A DNA stretch of 64,000 nucleotides from Calditrichota bacterium (GCA_018644935.1 JABGPL010000002.1:20139-84138), one strand, 5' to 3'; positions 47,685 through 58,243 are shown, counted from the first letter of the stretch. Numbers and translations are program-made. The notes: generated by a model from the letters alone, not told the origin.

Positions 47685-50084
47685 ATGAAGGTTGCATTAT
47701 TATCTCTTTCGCTGATATTCACACTTACAAGTTGCGCATATTACAATTACTTGTACAACGCAAAACAATCTTACGCTGAGGGTGAAGAAAAGCGTCGCGA
47801 GCAGATTGACGAACCTCAATCAGGAAAGAAAAAAAAGGCTCCTAAAGAATTTCAAAACGTCATTGAATCTGCAGGACGCATGTTAGATTTTTATCCAGAC
47901 AGCAAATGGGAAGAAGAAGCACTCTTTCTTCTCGCGAAAGCCTATTATCGAACCGGTAAATTTAGAAATTCTATTGGCAAAGTTGATGAGTTACTTGGGA
48001 AATACCCGGACACGTTTTTTACAAATGAAGCAATATTGTGGAAAGGAATGTCACTGTTTCATGTTGTACAGCCTGACTCTGCCCGTCAATTACTGACCGG
48101 GTTGATCATGCCCGATATTACTCCCGATATTCAAGCTCAAGCCTTCATGGCAATGGCGGATTATTATTTCGAAAATGAGAAATGGTCACCTGCTATCCTT
48201 GATTATCGAAAGGCCCTTGAGTCCGGAACCGATGATGAATGGCTGAAAGGACAAGCCCTGATAAAGGTCGGGGATTGTATGAAGCAGCTTGGATTGAAAG
48301 AGGAAGCTCTCGATTTGTACGAGGATGTTTTGTCAACGAGACAATCCAGTGCGTTTAGATTCAAGGCTGTTTTTCAACTCGCGAAGGTGAAGGCGGATCT
48401 CGGACGTTACGAGGATGCATTCAAGGACTTTAAAAGTCTTTTGAGGAAGGGAGCGTTTCTTGATGAATTTCCAAGGGTTGAGCTTGAAATGGCTCGCTGT
48501 GAGATAAATCTTGGGGAGTACGAGAACGCACATGACAGGCTTGAAAAACTAATTGAAGCGAAATCGAGAGGTCCTGTTGCAGCAGAAGCTCAATATGAAT
48601 TAGGGATGATTCACTGGTTTCAAAAACGTGATTTGAAATCAGCCATTATTGCCTTTAATGAAGTAAAAACTGCAGAGCGGTCATCCCCGCAGGCTGAACC
48701 GGCAGATTCGATGGCAGCCAGGATTGAAAAACTCAGTCGGTACTGGATGAGTCTGAAACACTTCCGTCATCAGCAGACTCGGATTGATAGTGTTAAAATG
48801 AATCTGGCAGAGATCTTCCCCAATGACACCACGTTCGTTGATTCCATTGAAATAATGCTGAATGAAGGAAAGAAAGAACGTAAATCTCGAAAAGATTTTA
48901 AGTCACGCGACGATCCTATGTTACGGATGATCGAAGAAGCCAAAAAGGCAGAGGCAGAAGAAAATGCCCGTCTAATGGATCTTGACACCCTTGAAGTAGC
49001 AGAATCCGATTCGGTTAAATCGCTTGATTCCACGGCAATCGCAGAATTTGAAATCAGCTTGAAAATGCGGGAAAGACAGGTACTTTCCGAACTCGGGAAC
49101 TTTTACTTCTTCATCCCCTCTGAGAGAGATAGCTCGATTTCCTATTTCCAAATGATTTCAAAAATGGAACCCTTCGATGACGTTTGGGGAAGTGCAGTGA
49201 CTTCGCTTGCATATTTCGAGAAACTCCTTGGTGATACTGCAAGTTATGATTCTCTATTGAACGTAATCATCGGAAACCTGAGTGATGGCAGTTCTTTTGA
49301 AAAAGCCAACAGAGCCCTCGGGCTAACCGATGATGAGATTGAAATAGACAGCCTTGAGATTCAGTATCAGGAGGCTGAAGATTTCTGGTTCGCTACAAAT
49401 AATCCGGTTGCTGCAAGAGAGCGATATCTGAACGTGGCAAATAGCACGGATTCTACATCCACTGTTCGAGCTCGTGCTCTGCTTGCAGCGGCATATTTGT
49501 CAGTATTTAAAATCGGTGAGGATACAATCGCCGGAGACTTTTACAAAATTGTAATGGAAGAGTACCCCAAAACCGATTATGCCAGGAGTGCGCGAGAAAT
49601 ACACAATAGATTCGGTGAACCCGGAGACCAACCTTTTGGGGAAGAAGAGGAAGGATTGAATGATAAATCAAAGCCACCCCCTGTTGATCCTTACTTCGAG
49701 GAAGATGAATTTGGAGGGAGCGGTATCTATGACCGATTTGAGATTGATCCGGATCTTGATGACGAGGAAGTTTTCGAGCCGGATCGCGTGGATGAATTGC
49801 CTGATTTGATTACATCTCCTAACACTATTAGGAATCTGACGCGAAGTAATTATCCTTTTGAGGCAATGAGTGATAACATTAGGGCCATTGTTGAGCTCGA
49901 GTTTGTTGTTGGAGCAAGAGGAGAGATTCGAGATATAGAAGTTGTTAGCGAAAATCCAGAAGAAAAGGGATTTGGTAAAGCGGCAATGATTGTATTGATG
50001 GAGCTCGAATACGAACCGGGTTGGTATCGGGGACGACAGGTCGCCATAAAGATAAAACAGGAAATTATTTTTGATTCAATTTAG
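47685..50084 (+). CDS. TPR lipoprotein (SprE/PorW-like N-terminus) with a C-terminal TonB_C domain
   Basis: GGAGG SD then lipobox LTSC-AYYNYLYNA; YPDSKW and many TPR helices; an acidic Pro-rich linker; then YP.EA....I...VELEFVV...GEI.DIEVV...GFG.AA...YEPG...G..V. Confidence 0.75.
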   Translation: MKVALLSLSLIFTLTSCAYYNYLYNAKQSYAEGEEKRREQIDEPQSGKKKKAPKEFQNVIESAGRMLDFYPDSKWEEEALFLLAKAYYRTGKFRNSIGKVDELLGKYPDTFFTNEAILWKGMSLFHVVQPDSARQLLTGLIMPDITPDIQAQAFMAMADYYFENEKWSPAILDYRKALESGTDDEWLKGQALIKVGDCMKQLGLKEEALDLYEDVLSTRQSSAFRFKAVFQLAKVKADLGRYEDAFKDFKSLLRKGAFLDEFPRVELEMARCEINLGEYENAHDRLEKLIEAKSRGPVAAEAQYELGMIHWFQKRDLKSAIIAFNEVKTAERSSPQAEPADSMAARIEKLSRYWMSLKHFRHQQTRIDSVKMNLAEIFPNDTTFVDSIEIMLNEGKKERKSRKDFKSRDDPMLRMIEEAKKAEAEENARLMDLDTLEVAESDSVKSLDSTAIAEFEISLKMRERQVLSELGNFYFFIPSERDSSISYFQMISKMEPFDDVWGSAVTSLAYFEKLLGDTASYDSLLNVIIGNLSDGSSFEKANRALGLTDDEIEIDSLEIQYQEAEDFWFATNNPVAARERYLNVANSTDSTSTVRARALLAAAYLSVFKIGEDTIAGDFYKIVMEEYPKTDYARSAREIHNRFGEPGDQPFGEEEEGLNDKSKPPPVDPYFEEDEFGGSGIYDRFEIDPDLDDEEVFEPDRVDELPDLITSPNTIRNLTRSNYPFEAMSDNIRAIVELEFVVGARGEIRDIEVVSENPEEKGFGKAAMIVLMELEYEPGWYRGRQVAIKIKQEIIFDSI

Positions 50085-50091
50085 AGATATA

Positions 50092-50886
50092 ATGCAGCCA
50101 GTCTCAGAAGCATGCGAGATCATTTCAAACACGGAAACCTCAACTGATACCTGGGAAATGACTGTTGAAACAAAAAAAATTGCATCCGAATGCAAGCCCG
50201 GACAATTTGTTCATGTGAGGACAGGTTCGGGATTTAATCCATTTCTGCGCAGACCATTGAGCATCGGTCCTTGCAACGGGAACCGATTACGTCTTATTTT
50301 TATTGTTCGAGGAGAGGGAACAAGGCTACTGGCAGAGATGCAGGCCGGTGAATTTGTTGATCTTGTTGGACCTCTTGGTAATCCATATCAACTTCCTGAT
50401 AATGATGAAGTTGCAATTCTTGTCGGAGGGGGAATCGGAGTAGTTCCTTTGTTGATTCTAAGCGATTACCTATCACAGGAAAAGGAGAATCACTTCCTGC
50501 TTGGAGTCCGGTCGCATGATTTGCTTCCGGTTCTACCTGATGAAATTGAGCTGAGAGGCATAGAGGTAGCAAGCGATGATGGATCAATTGGCTTCAAGGG
50601 ACTTGTCACGAATCTGCTGGAAAGCAAACTCAACGACCTCCGGGACAGGTCGGTCAGAATATATGGCTGCGGACCGGAACCTATGACCAGAGCGATTAAA
50701 GAGATTTGTATGAAACGCAAAGTTCCGGCTCAGGTTTCACTCGAGGTTCCGATGGGTTGTGGTGTTGGTGCTTGCCAGAGTTGTGCTGTTCTTCGTGAGG
50801 ATGGAGTGGGATACTTACTGGTGTGTAAAGATGGTCCTGTTTTTGATATAAATGACGTTGACCTGACACCGGGAGGCTCATCTTGA
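50092..50886 (+). CDS. pyrK: Dihydroorotate dehydrogenase electron transfer subunit
   Basis: PGQFV, LRRPLS, GGGIG, CGPEPM, MGCGVGAC..C and CKDGPVF motifs. Confidence 0.94.
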   Translation: MQPVSEACEIISNTETSTDTWEMTVETKKIASECKPGQFVHVRTGSGFNPFLRRPLSIGPCNGNRLRLIFIVRGEGTRLLAEMQAGEFVDLVGPLGNPYQLPDNDEVAILVGGGIGVVPLLILSDYLSQEKENHFLLGVRSHDLLPVLPDEIELRGIEVASDDGSIGFKGLVTNLLESKLNDLRDRSVRIYGCGPEPMTRAIKEICMKRKVPAQVSLEVPMGCGVGACQSCAVLREDGVGYLLVCKDGPVFDINDVDLTPGGSS

Positions 50887-51791
50887 ACATGTCAATAACA
50901 ATGGCTGAAATGTCATTTCGCACCCCTCTTCTGACGGGATCCGGTACATTTGGGTATGGAGATGAGTTTAAGTCGCTTGTCGATTATAACACCCTTGGCG
51001 GGATTGTCACAAAATCGGTTTCCCTCGAACCTCGTGCTGGTAACAAACCCCCGCGAATTTGTGAAACATCCGGTGGAATAATAAACTCTATTGGATTGGC
51101 AAATCCCGGTGTTGATAGTTTCATAGCGAATAAGGTTTCATTGCTGCCAATTGATGAGACACGTGTCTTTTTAAGTGTTGTTGGGAACTCCGTGGAAGAT
51201 TTTCTGGCTGTCGTTGACAAATTTGAAACAATAGCCGATATTTCAGGATATGAGCTCAATGTCTCATGTCCCAACGTAAAGCGGGGTGGGCTTGAAATTG
51301 GTGGTGATCAGGATGCCGTTGCAGCTATTGTAAAAGCTGTACGTGCAATTACAAAACGATTTATTTCAGTGAAACTGACTCCAAACCAAACCTCTATTGC
51401 CCCAATGGCGCAGGCAGCGGTTGATGCGGGAGCGGATGCATTAACCCTTGTGAACACGTTGATCGGAATGGCGATTGATACTGAAAAACAGAGACCCCTG
51501 CTTGGAAATGTCACCGGTGGGTTCAGCGGTCCTCCACTCAAGCCCGTTGCTTTAGCGAAGGTCTGGCAGGCTGCACAGGTTGTAGATGTCCCAATTTGGG
51601 CGTCAGGAGGGATGGTCAACGGGATAGATTGCATTGAGTTTTTGCTCGCTGGCGCATCTGGTTTGCAGCTTGGGTCAGTACTCTTCACAGATCCTTTCTC
51701 TCCACAAAGAGTGCTAAATGAAATGGAAGAATACTGTTCTCATCACGGGGTGGCTGAGATTAGCGAACTTGTTGGTGCGCTAAAAGTTTAG
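50883..51791 (+). CDS. pyrD: Dihydroorotate dehydrogenase, class 1B catalytic subunit
   Basis: SGTFGYG, NSIGL.NPG, ELNVSCPN, VKLTPN and GG.SGP..KP motifs. Confidence 0.95.
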   Translation: MNMSITMAEMSFRTPLLTGSGTFGYGDEFKSLVDYNTLGGIVTKSVSLEPRAGNKPPRICETSGGIINSIGLANPGVDSFIANKVSLLPIDETRVFLSVVGNSVEDFLAVVDKFETIADISGYELNVSCPNVKRGGLEIGGDQDAVAAIVKAVRAITKRFISVKLTPNQTSIAPMAQAAVDAGADALTLVNTLIGMAIDTEKQRPLLGNVTGGFSGPPLKPVALAKVWQAAQVVDVPIWASGGMVNGIDCIEFLLAGASGLQLGSVLFTDPFSPQRVLNEMEEYCSHHGVAEISELVGALKV

Positions 51792-51834
51792 TGAAGGTTT
51801 TCTTCACTTTTCAAAATAATCATTAAGAGAGCAT

Positions 51835-52668
51835 GTGATACAAAGTTCAATAGTCAAACGATTGCTGGTGGCTCTGTGGGGCATACCACTTTTGCTTTGG
51901 GCGACCTACCGAGGTGGGCTGGCCTTTGAGCTCTTGATTGGTGGAATTTCACTTCTCGGATTAGCTGAATACTACAAGCTTCAGGAAGGTCTCGGACTGA
52001 AGCCATTAAAATACACTGGATTTGGCAGCGGATTGGCAGTTATCATTGCATGGGCAATGGGTGGTGGAGGAGTGGTTTGGGTAATGGCGGGTGCATTTCT
52101 ATTCGCAAGTATCATAACTACTCTACAGGTGCGATCACACAAAGACATTGTTGCGACGTTCGCAGGTATCGCATACATACCATTTCTGGTTGGAACATTT
52201 TTATTTATCAGATTAGGTCATTTTGCAGGGTCTGAGTACCTGGTTGATGGCAAGTGGGTGGCACTTTGCATATGGGGCGCGATCTGGATGACTGATTCCG
52301 CTGCGTATGGAGGCGGGAAAGCATTCGGAAAACATCGAATTGCTCCCGATATCAGCCCGAAGAAAACTCTCGAGGGTTTTATCTTTGGATTTTTGGGAGC
52401 GATGCTGTTTGTAGTAGTTCTCTATTATCTGGGAAAGATCAGCCTTGATGTCGCTCTCGCCGTTGGGATAGGTGCTGGAGTATTTGGTCAAATAGGTGAT
52501 TTAATCGAATCCAAACTGAAGCGTGACGCAAATGTTAAAGACGCTGGAGAGAAATTACCAGGTCATGGGGGTATTCTCGACAGATTTGACAGTTTACTCG
52601 TCACTGCCCCGGCAGTTGCCCTGTATCTGGTTGTGAAATACAATTTCCTCAATGGTTCTGGGCATTAG
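51835..52668 (+). CDS. cdsA: Phosphatidate cytidylyltransferase
   Basis: DSAAY..G..FGKH, ISPKKT.EG and GDLIES..KR...VKD....PGHGGILDRFDS motifs. Confidence 0.95.
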   Translation: MIQSSIVKRLLVALWGIPLLLWATYRGGLAFELLIGGISLLGLAEYYKLQEGLGLKPLKYTGFGSGLAVIIAWAMGGGGVVWVMAGAFLFASIITTLQVRSHKDIVATFAGIAYIPFLVGTFLFIRLGHFAGSEYLVDGKWVALCIWGAIWMTDSAAYGGGKAFGKHRIAPDISPKKTLEGFIFGFLGAMLFVVVLYYLGKISLDVALAVGIGAGVFGQIGDLIESKLKRDANVKDAGEKLPGHGGILDRFDSLLVTAPAVALYLVVKYNFLNGSGH

Positions 52669-52820
52669 ATCGTTTGATTTGGCGTTGATTGGTAAGGACG
52701 AGACCTTTGAAATATTCAAAGTCGAATATCTCAAAAAACTCGACGGCACCAGACACCATCAAGTTAGTTAGTTAAAAAAATAATTGATTCAATTTACATT
52801 ACAGGAAGAAGCAAGAAACG

Positions 52821-53642
52821 ATGTATAAAATCTCCATCGAAGAACTCAAAGATAAGGCATACAACATTCGCCGCGATCTCATTGAGTTGATATATCGAGC
52901 CGGTTCTGGACACCTCGATACCTCTCTTAGCTTAGTAGAGGTATGGTTGTCCATAGTTCACAGTGATTTCTATTCGCTGGACGCGAAAAACGGCGAGATG
53001 AAAAACAGGGACAGAATTTTCCTGTCTGAAGGTCATGCCTGTCCTGTCCAATATATGATAAATGCTGATTTGGGATATTATCCCAAGGAGGAATTACTCA
53101 AAGGCTTTCGCAAACCATTTTCACCGTTTGGGGGGCACACAGTTCGCAACCTGAAATATGGGTTTGAAAATTCAAACGGAAGTTTGAGCATCGGTGTCTG
53201 GCAGGCATATGGAAATGCACTCGAGACGTCAAACAATGTATTTTGCATTGCTGGTGATGGTGAGTTTCAGGAACCTACAAGCCAGGGAATATTCTCAGTT
53301 CCGCTTAATCTGAAGCCACTCGGGAATTTCACGTTGATTATCAACAGAAATCGATTAGCTCAAGATAGCGAAGTTGACCTCGGTCCGATTAAAGAAGTAG
53401 CAGCACTTTACAATTGGCAGACCATGATTGTTAAGGGACACGACTTTAATGCCCTTGGATCAGCGTTGCAGCTTGCAGTGGAGGATAAAGATCGCCCAAC
53501 TCTGATGATCTGTGATACGGTCAAGGGTTATGGTGGAGATCCAAACCATGCCGGAAAACTCGGTCATCACGGTAAACCACCTGGGAACGACGAAGAATAT
53601 CAGGCATATCTCGCTGGTCTTGAAGCTGGACGGAGGAATTAA
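52821..53642 (+). CDS. Transketolase, N-terminal (ThDP-binding) subunit
   Basis: SGH..SLS, RDRIFLSEGH, GDGEFQE...N and TVKG.G motifs. Confidence 0.85.
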   Translation: MYKISIEELKDKAYNIRRDLIELIYRAGSGHLDTSLSLVEVWLSIVHSDFYSLDAKNGEMKNRDRIFLSEGHACPVQYMINADLGYYPKEELLKGFRKPFSPFGGHTVRNLKYGFENSNGSLSIGVWQAYGNALETSNNVFCIAGDGEFQEPTSQGIFSVPLNLKPLGNFTLIINRNRLAQDSEVDLGPIKEVAALYNWQTMIVKGHDFNALGSALQLAVEDKDRPTLMICDTVKGYGGDPNHAGKLGHHGKPPGNDEEYQAYLAGLEAGRRN

Positions 53643-53643
53643 T

Positions 53644-54579
53644 ATGGAATATACTGAAAAAATCTCACTTCGAGTCGCCTTCGGAAAAGCTCTCGTCAAG
53701 GCTGGTGAAACAAGAACAGATATGCGAGTTTTTGATGCAGGTACAAAGAACTCTACCATGAGTCTGGCGTTTGAACGTGCCTATCCGGATCGTTTTTACA
53801 CGGCTGGTATCAATGAACCGGGTATGTTAGGACTCGCGACTGGATTGGCGATGGATGGTAAACCCGTTGTTGCTTGTGATATGTCGGTGTTTCTACATCA
53901 TGCTTACGCTCAAATAAGAGCTGCCGTTCGTCAGGGAAAAGGCCTGCACATGATCATTGCGGCAACCCACACTGGTATAGCTGTCGGTCCCGATGGTGGT
54001 TCCGCGCATGATATTACAGATTTGGCACGAATGCGGTTGATTCCTAACATGCACGTATTAACACCGGTTGATGGAAATCAGGTAAATCAGGCAGTTCAAT
54101 ATGCTCTCGACAATCCCGGCTTTTATTACATCCGGCTGAATCGTCCTGCAGTTCCCATCTTCACCGATTCTGATGCTCCATTTGAATTTGCGAAAGCGCA
54201 TCATCTTGCTGATGGTAATAAGATAACAATTGTTGCTGCTGGTGATAAGGCGTTCACTGCTATGGAAGCAGCTGAACAACTCGGCGATGGTGTCGCAGAT
54301 GTTATTGGTATTTCTACGTTAGAACCTCTTGACACTGATGCTATTATCAAATCCGCTGAGAAAACTGGTCGAGTAATCACGATTGAAGATCATATGTATG
54401 TTGGTGGCTTGTTTGAATCTGTTGCAGGAGTGTTGGCGCGAAGCCGACCAACTCCTATGGAGCGGATTGCTCTGGGAAGAATTCTGACCACCTCAGGTGA
54501 GCCGGATGAACTCGCACGGATATATAAAGTCGATCTTCAGGAACTCGTCGAACGCTGCAAGCAGTTTATCGATGGTTAA
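53644..54579 (+). CDS. Transketolase, C-terminal subunit
   Basis: ATG at 53644 after GGAGG; GINE..M.G.A.G, THTGI.VGPDG.SAH, YYIRL.R and TIEDH...GG motifs. Confidence 0.87.
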   Translation: MEYTEKISLRVAFGKALVKAGETRTDMRVFDAGTKNSTMSLAFERAYPDRFYTAGINEPGMLGLATGLAMDGKPVVACDMSVFLHHAYAQIRAAVRQGKGLHMIIAATHTGIAVGPDGGSAHDITDLARMRLIPNMHVLTPVDGNQVNQAVQYALDNPGFYYIRLNRPAVPIFTDSDAPFEFAKAHHLADGNKITIVAAGDKAFTAMEAAEQLGDGVADVIGISTLEPLDTDAIIKSAEKTGRVITIEDHMYVGGLFESVAGVLARSRPTPMERIALGRILTTSGEPDELARIYKVDLQELVERCKQFIDG

Positions 54580-54615
54580 TAATTAATAGTAACCGGTACA
54601 CATTAAGGATTATCT

Positions 54616-55611
54616 GTGCGCAAAGTTCTTGAAGTTAAAGATCTGAAAACATATTTCCATTCTGATGATGGAACCGCAAAGGCTGTCGATGGGGTTTCCT
54701 TTGATATTGAGGGCGGGAAAACACTCGGAATAGTCGGTGAGTCAGGCTGCGGAAAAACCGTCAGCTGTCTGTCTCTTCTGCAACTTATACCATGTCCTCC
54801 GGGAGAAATAGCTGGTGGGCAGGCTCTGTTTGAAGGTAAAGACCTGCTCCAGTTAGATGCAAATGAAATCAGGCAGATTCGCGGTAATGACATTGCGATG
54901 ATTTTTCAAGAGCCGATGACGTCACTCAACCCGGTGTTTACCTGCGGAGATCAGGTTACCGAAGCGGTAATTCTTCATCAGAAGGTTGGAGTTGCAGAGG
55001 CTCGTAATAAAGCTGTTGAGATGTTTAAGCTTGTTGGTATACCTGATCCGGAGCGGAGACTCGATGAGTACCCTCATCAACTCTCTGGAGGTCTTCGTCA
55101 GCGTGTAATGATTGCCATTGCTTTATCCTGTAATCCAAAGCTCCTCATCTGTGATGAACCGACAACTGCTCTGGATGTTACCATTCAAGCACAGATTCTG
55201 GATCTGTTGCGCAAACTTCAGCGAGAGTTGAAGATGACAATTATCATGATTACACACGATTTGGGGGTTATTGCCCAGATGGCGGACTGGGTGGTTGTGA
55301 TGTATGCAGGAAAGATTGTAGAGTCTGCGAATGTCAGAACACTTTTTCACGATCCTCAACATCCATATTCGATTGGCTTGCAGCAGGCGATCCCTCGAAT
55401 GGGAACCACCATTGCCAGGCTGAATCAAATTGAGGGGACTGTACCGAATCCACTGAATTTCGCAAGTGGGTGTCGGTTTCATGAGAGATGCCCGATATCT
55501 GATCCGAAATGTGTTAGGGATGAACCACCGTTGTTAACAACAAATGGTGGTCAGAAAGTAGCGTGTTGGAAAACAGGTGTTTTTGACAGGGAGACACTCT
55601 ATTCTAAATAG
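54616..55611 (+). CDS. Oligo/dipeptide ABC transporter ATP-binding protein (OppD/DppD family)
   Basis: GESGCGKT, MIFQEPMTSLNP, YPHQLSGG.RQR, DEPTTALD and C-terminal GCRFH.RC motifs. Confidence 0.93.
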   Translation: MRKVLEVKDLKTYFHSDDGTAKAVDGVSFDIEGGKTLGIVGESGCGKTVSCLSLLQLIPCPPGEIAGGQALFEGKDLLQLDANEIRQIRGNDIAMIFQEPMTSLNPVFTCGDQVTEAVILHQKVGVAEARNKAVEMFKLVGIPDPERRLDEYPHQLSGGLRQRVMIAIALSCNPKLLICDEPTTALDVTIQAQILDLLRKLQRELKMTIIMITHDLGVIAQMADWVVVMYAGKIVESANVRTLFHDPQHPYSIGLQQAIPRMGTTIARLNQIEGTVPNPLNFASGCRFHERCPISDPKCVRDEPPLLTTNGGQKVACWKTGVFDRETLYSK

Positions 55612-55632
55612 GTTGTTTTGATACAAAAATCA

Positions 55633-55728
55633 GTAGTATAGGCGTCTCTGCCTGCGGATCTTAAAAAAAACTGTAGCCAGAGACGGCAATGCTACTGATA
55701 AATTTGCAGCCAGAGACGGCTGCGCTAC
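55633..55728. repeat. Three REPs, GTAGCGCAG family
   Basis: GTAGTATAGGCGTCTCTGCCTGCG (+, 55633-55656); minus-strand copies GTAGCATTGCCGTCTCTGGCTAC (55673-55695) and GTAGCGCAGCCGTCTCTGGCTGC (55706-55728). Confidence 0.8.
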
Positions 55729-55762
55729 TGTTTGCAATTTCGAAGGAAGACAATATTTTTTT

Positions 55763-58243
55763 ATGACAAATCAAAAAACTGACTTGTCCGATATTACTTT
55801 GAATAAACCTTCGATACGTCTGGGTGAGGTACATTTCCCAGAACCTCCACATGGAGGCTATACCTACCGCCTTCCGAATTCCATTTTTTCCGCAAAAGAA
55901 GGTTCACGAGTCAGAGTTCCTTTTGGTCATACATCAAGAGTTGGTTTTCTAGTAAAAGTTTACTTAGGACCCGATGACGATAAATTTAAGAACATCAGTC
56001 ATCTAATTGATGATGTACCGATGTTCTCTCCTGAACTGCTTTCTCTAACTGAATGGACCGCGAATTATTACCTCTGTGATTGGGGAGAGGTGTTACTCGC
56101 CGCAATGCCATCTGGATTAAAACCCAGAAATTTGGCCACCTATAAACTCTCAGACGAAGGTCTGTTGGAAACTCTTGCAGGAGAGGGCAGCTCTCTTACT
56201 GCTCAGCTCTGGCGAAGACTGAAGGAAAAGCCACTTTCCCTGAAGAAAATTCGCACTGAATTTGATAGCGGAGAGGAAAGTCTTCGCAAGCTCCAACATA
56301 GAGGTTGGATTGAAACGGTTGTTTCTGATGCCCCACGTATCGCCCCACGTATGGACATTCTTTATGAATGGACTGAAGAAGTGAGTTACGAAGCAGCCAT
56401 GCAAGATCTTCGTAAGAACGCAACTAAGATGCACTCTGCTCTCAAACTTCTTGAGGAAAATGAGGGTAGATTATCTGGGGCATTCCTGAGCAAGACATCA
56501 AAGGGTATGCACCCGACAATGCGGACATTTTTAGAACGAGGTTGGCTGGAAGCGAAGGAAATTCCTTTTTTATATGAAGATGCACTCGAACAGGGATTAA
56601 CAGAAACCTCAACCGGATCTGCTGAATTGACGGATGATCAGGTGCGGGTAATCAATTCTCTTACAGAAGCTCTTAAGGAAGAAAATCCAAAAACGTTTCT
56701 TCTGCATGGTGTGACTGGCAGCGGTAAAACAATGGTCTATCTTGAAATAGTTGAGGCAGTTCTCGCCCAGGGAAAGACTGCGATAATGATGGCTCCCGAA
56801 ATATCGCTGACTCCTCAACTCACCGGAAGGTTTTATCGACGTTTTGGTGATCTTGTTGCACTGAGTCACAGTCGAATGTCATCAGCCGAACGTCGAGAAA
56901 TCTGGCTTAAAGCAAAATCCGGTCAAGCGCGTGTTATCATCGGTCCCCGCTCTGTAATATTTTCACCCGTCGAGAATCTTGGTGTCATTATCGTTGATGA
57001 AGAACACGAAGAGAGTTACAAGCAGGTCGATCCTGCACCCCGCTATAATGCTCGTGATGTCGGGATTTATCGTGCACGCAAATGTGGTGCAGTATCTTTA
57101 GTTGGATCTGCAACACCCGATGTAGCAAGTTATTTTAATGCAAAAGTCGGTCGCTACCGTTTGATCGAGCTCACAAATCGATACAGTGGGATTGAACTCC
57201 CACCCGTTTGGGTAGTTAAATGGGGTATCGGAAAGGAGGGATCGTTATTTTGCCCAAAATTACTCAAGAAAATCGAAGAACGACTCGAGCTCAACCAACA
57301 GACAATTATCCTGATCAACCGTAGAGCGTTTTCTACAAGCATATATTGTCCTGATTGTGGTGATATAGCGGAATGCCCCAATTGCGACATATCCCTTAAA
57401 TACCATAGCACAGGTCAAAAGCTCGAGTGTCATTACTGCGGTTTTAGTGAAGCAGTATACGATTTGTGTCCGAAATGTAATGGAAAGAGATTAAGATTTA
57501 AGGGACTTGGTTCTCAGCGAGTTGAGAAAGAGTTGAACCGCCTATTTCCACAAGCTCGAATAGCCAGGATGGATCAGGACACCACCCGTCGAAAGGGCTC
57601 ACATCGCGATTTACTCGAACAATTTGCTCAGCGAAAGCAGGACATTTTACTCGGCACCAAAATGGTTGCCAAAGGGCATGATTTCCCCGGCGTAACACTT
57701 GTAGGGATATTAATGGCAGACGCGGAATGGCACATGCCGGATTTCCGTGCACAGGAAAGGGCATTCAGGCTATATGTGCAGGCCTCGGGGCGAGCTGGTC
57801 GAAGCAGTGCCGGTGAGGTCGTTATCCAATCCTGGGAGCCCCAGGAGAGTGTTCTGAGGTGGATTCAACAGCATGATTTTGGTTCACTGTTTAACGCTGA
57901 AATTGGATCACGAAAGAGTCTCCAGTATCCACCGTTTAGTAAATTGTTAACGATTCTCGTTAAAGGGTTGGAGCCTGAACTCGTTGAGGAGGCTGCTCAA
58001 TCGCTTCGTCAGCAGCTCGATGAGAAGTTGCAGGTTAGTATCATTCTTGGTCCGGCACCACCATTGATTGAGAGAGTCGAAAACACATTTAGACGACGGA
58101 TATTACTAAAACTTCCCCAGAGAGTCACAACTCCAGTAAGAGAGGAGAAAAAGAGGATTAGAAAAATAGTGGATAAGTTTCGCAAGAAAATGAGGAAAGA
58201 TAAGGTCAGTTTCGTAATAGATGTAGATCCGGTTGAAGTTTAA
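55763..58243 (+). CDS. priA: Primosomal protein N' (replication restart helicase)
   Basis: LLHGVTGSGKT, PEISLTPQ, DEEHE.SYKQ, four CxxC, GT.MVAKGHDFP and DVDP motifs. Confidence 0.96.
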   Translation: MTNQKTDLSDITLNKPSIRLGEVHFPEPPHGGYTYRLPNSIFSAKEGSRVRVPFGHTSRVGFLVKVYLGPDDDKFKNISHLIDDVPMFSPELLSLTEWTANYYLCDWGEVLLAAMPSGLKPRNLATYKLSDEGLLETLAGEGSSLTAQLWRRLKEKPLSLKKIRTEFDSGEESLRKLQHRGWIETVVSDAPRIAPRMDILYEWTEEVSYEAAMQDLRKNATKMHSALKLLEENEGRLSGAFLSKTSKGMHPTMRTFLERGWLEAKEIPFLYEDALEQGLTETSTGSAELTDDQVRVINSLTEALKEENPKTFLLHGVTGSGKTMVYLEIVEAVLAQGKTAIMMAPEISLTPQLTGRFYRRFGDLVALSHSRMSSAERREIWLKAKSGQARVIIGPRSVIFSPVENLGVIIVDEEHEESYKQVDPAPRYNARDVGIYRARKCGAVSLVGSATPDVASYFNAKVGRYRLIELTNRYSGIELPPVWVVKWGIGKEGSLFCPKLLKKIEERLELNQQTIILINRRAFSTSIYCPDCGDIAECPNCDISLKYHSTGQKLECHYCGFSEAVYDLCPKCNGKRLRFKGLGSQRVEKELNRLFPQARIARMDQDTTRRKGSHRDLLEQFAQRKQDILLGTKMVAKGHDFPGVTLVGILMADAEWHMPDFRAQERAFRLYVQASGRAGRSSAGEVVIQSWEPQESVLRWIQQHDFGSLFNAEIGSRKSLQYPPFSKLLTILVKGLEPELVEEAAQSLRQQLDEKLQVSIILGPAPPLIERVENTFRRRILLKLPQRVTTPVREEKKRIRKIVDKFRKKMRKDKVSFVIDVDPVEV

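Noticed and set aside
52700..52750. Overlapping short palindromes before the transketolase genes as an ncRNA
   Set aside because: Stems are short and imperfect and occur once; most likely a decayed repeat or terminator.
53512..53643. N-terminal extension or frameshift fusion of the two transketolase halves
   Set aside because: A clear GGAGG SD and ATG at 53644 follow the upstream stop; split transketolases are common.
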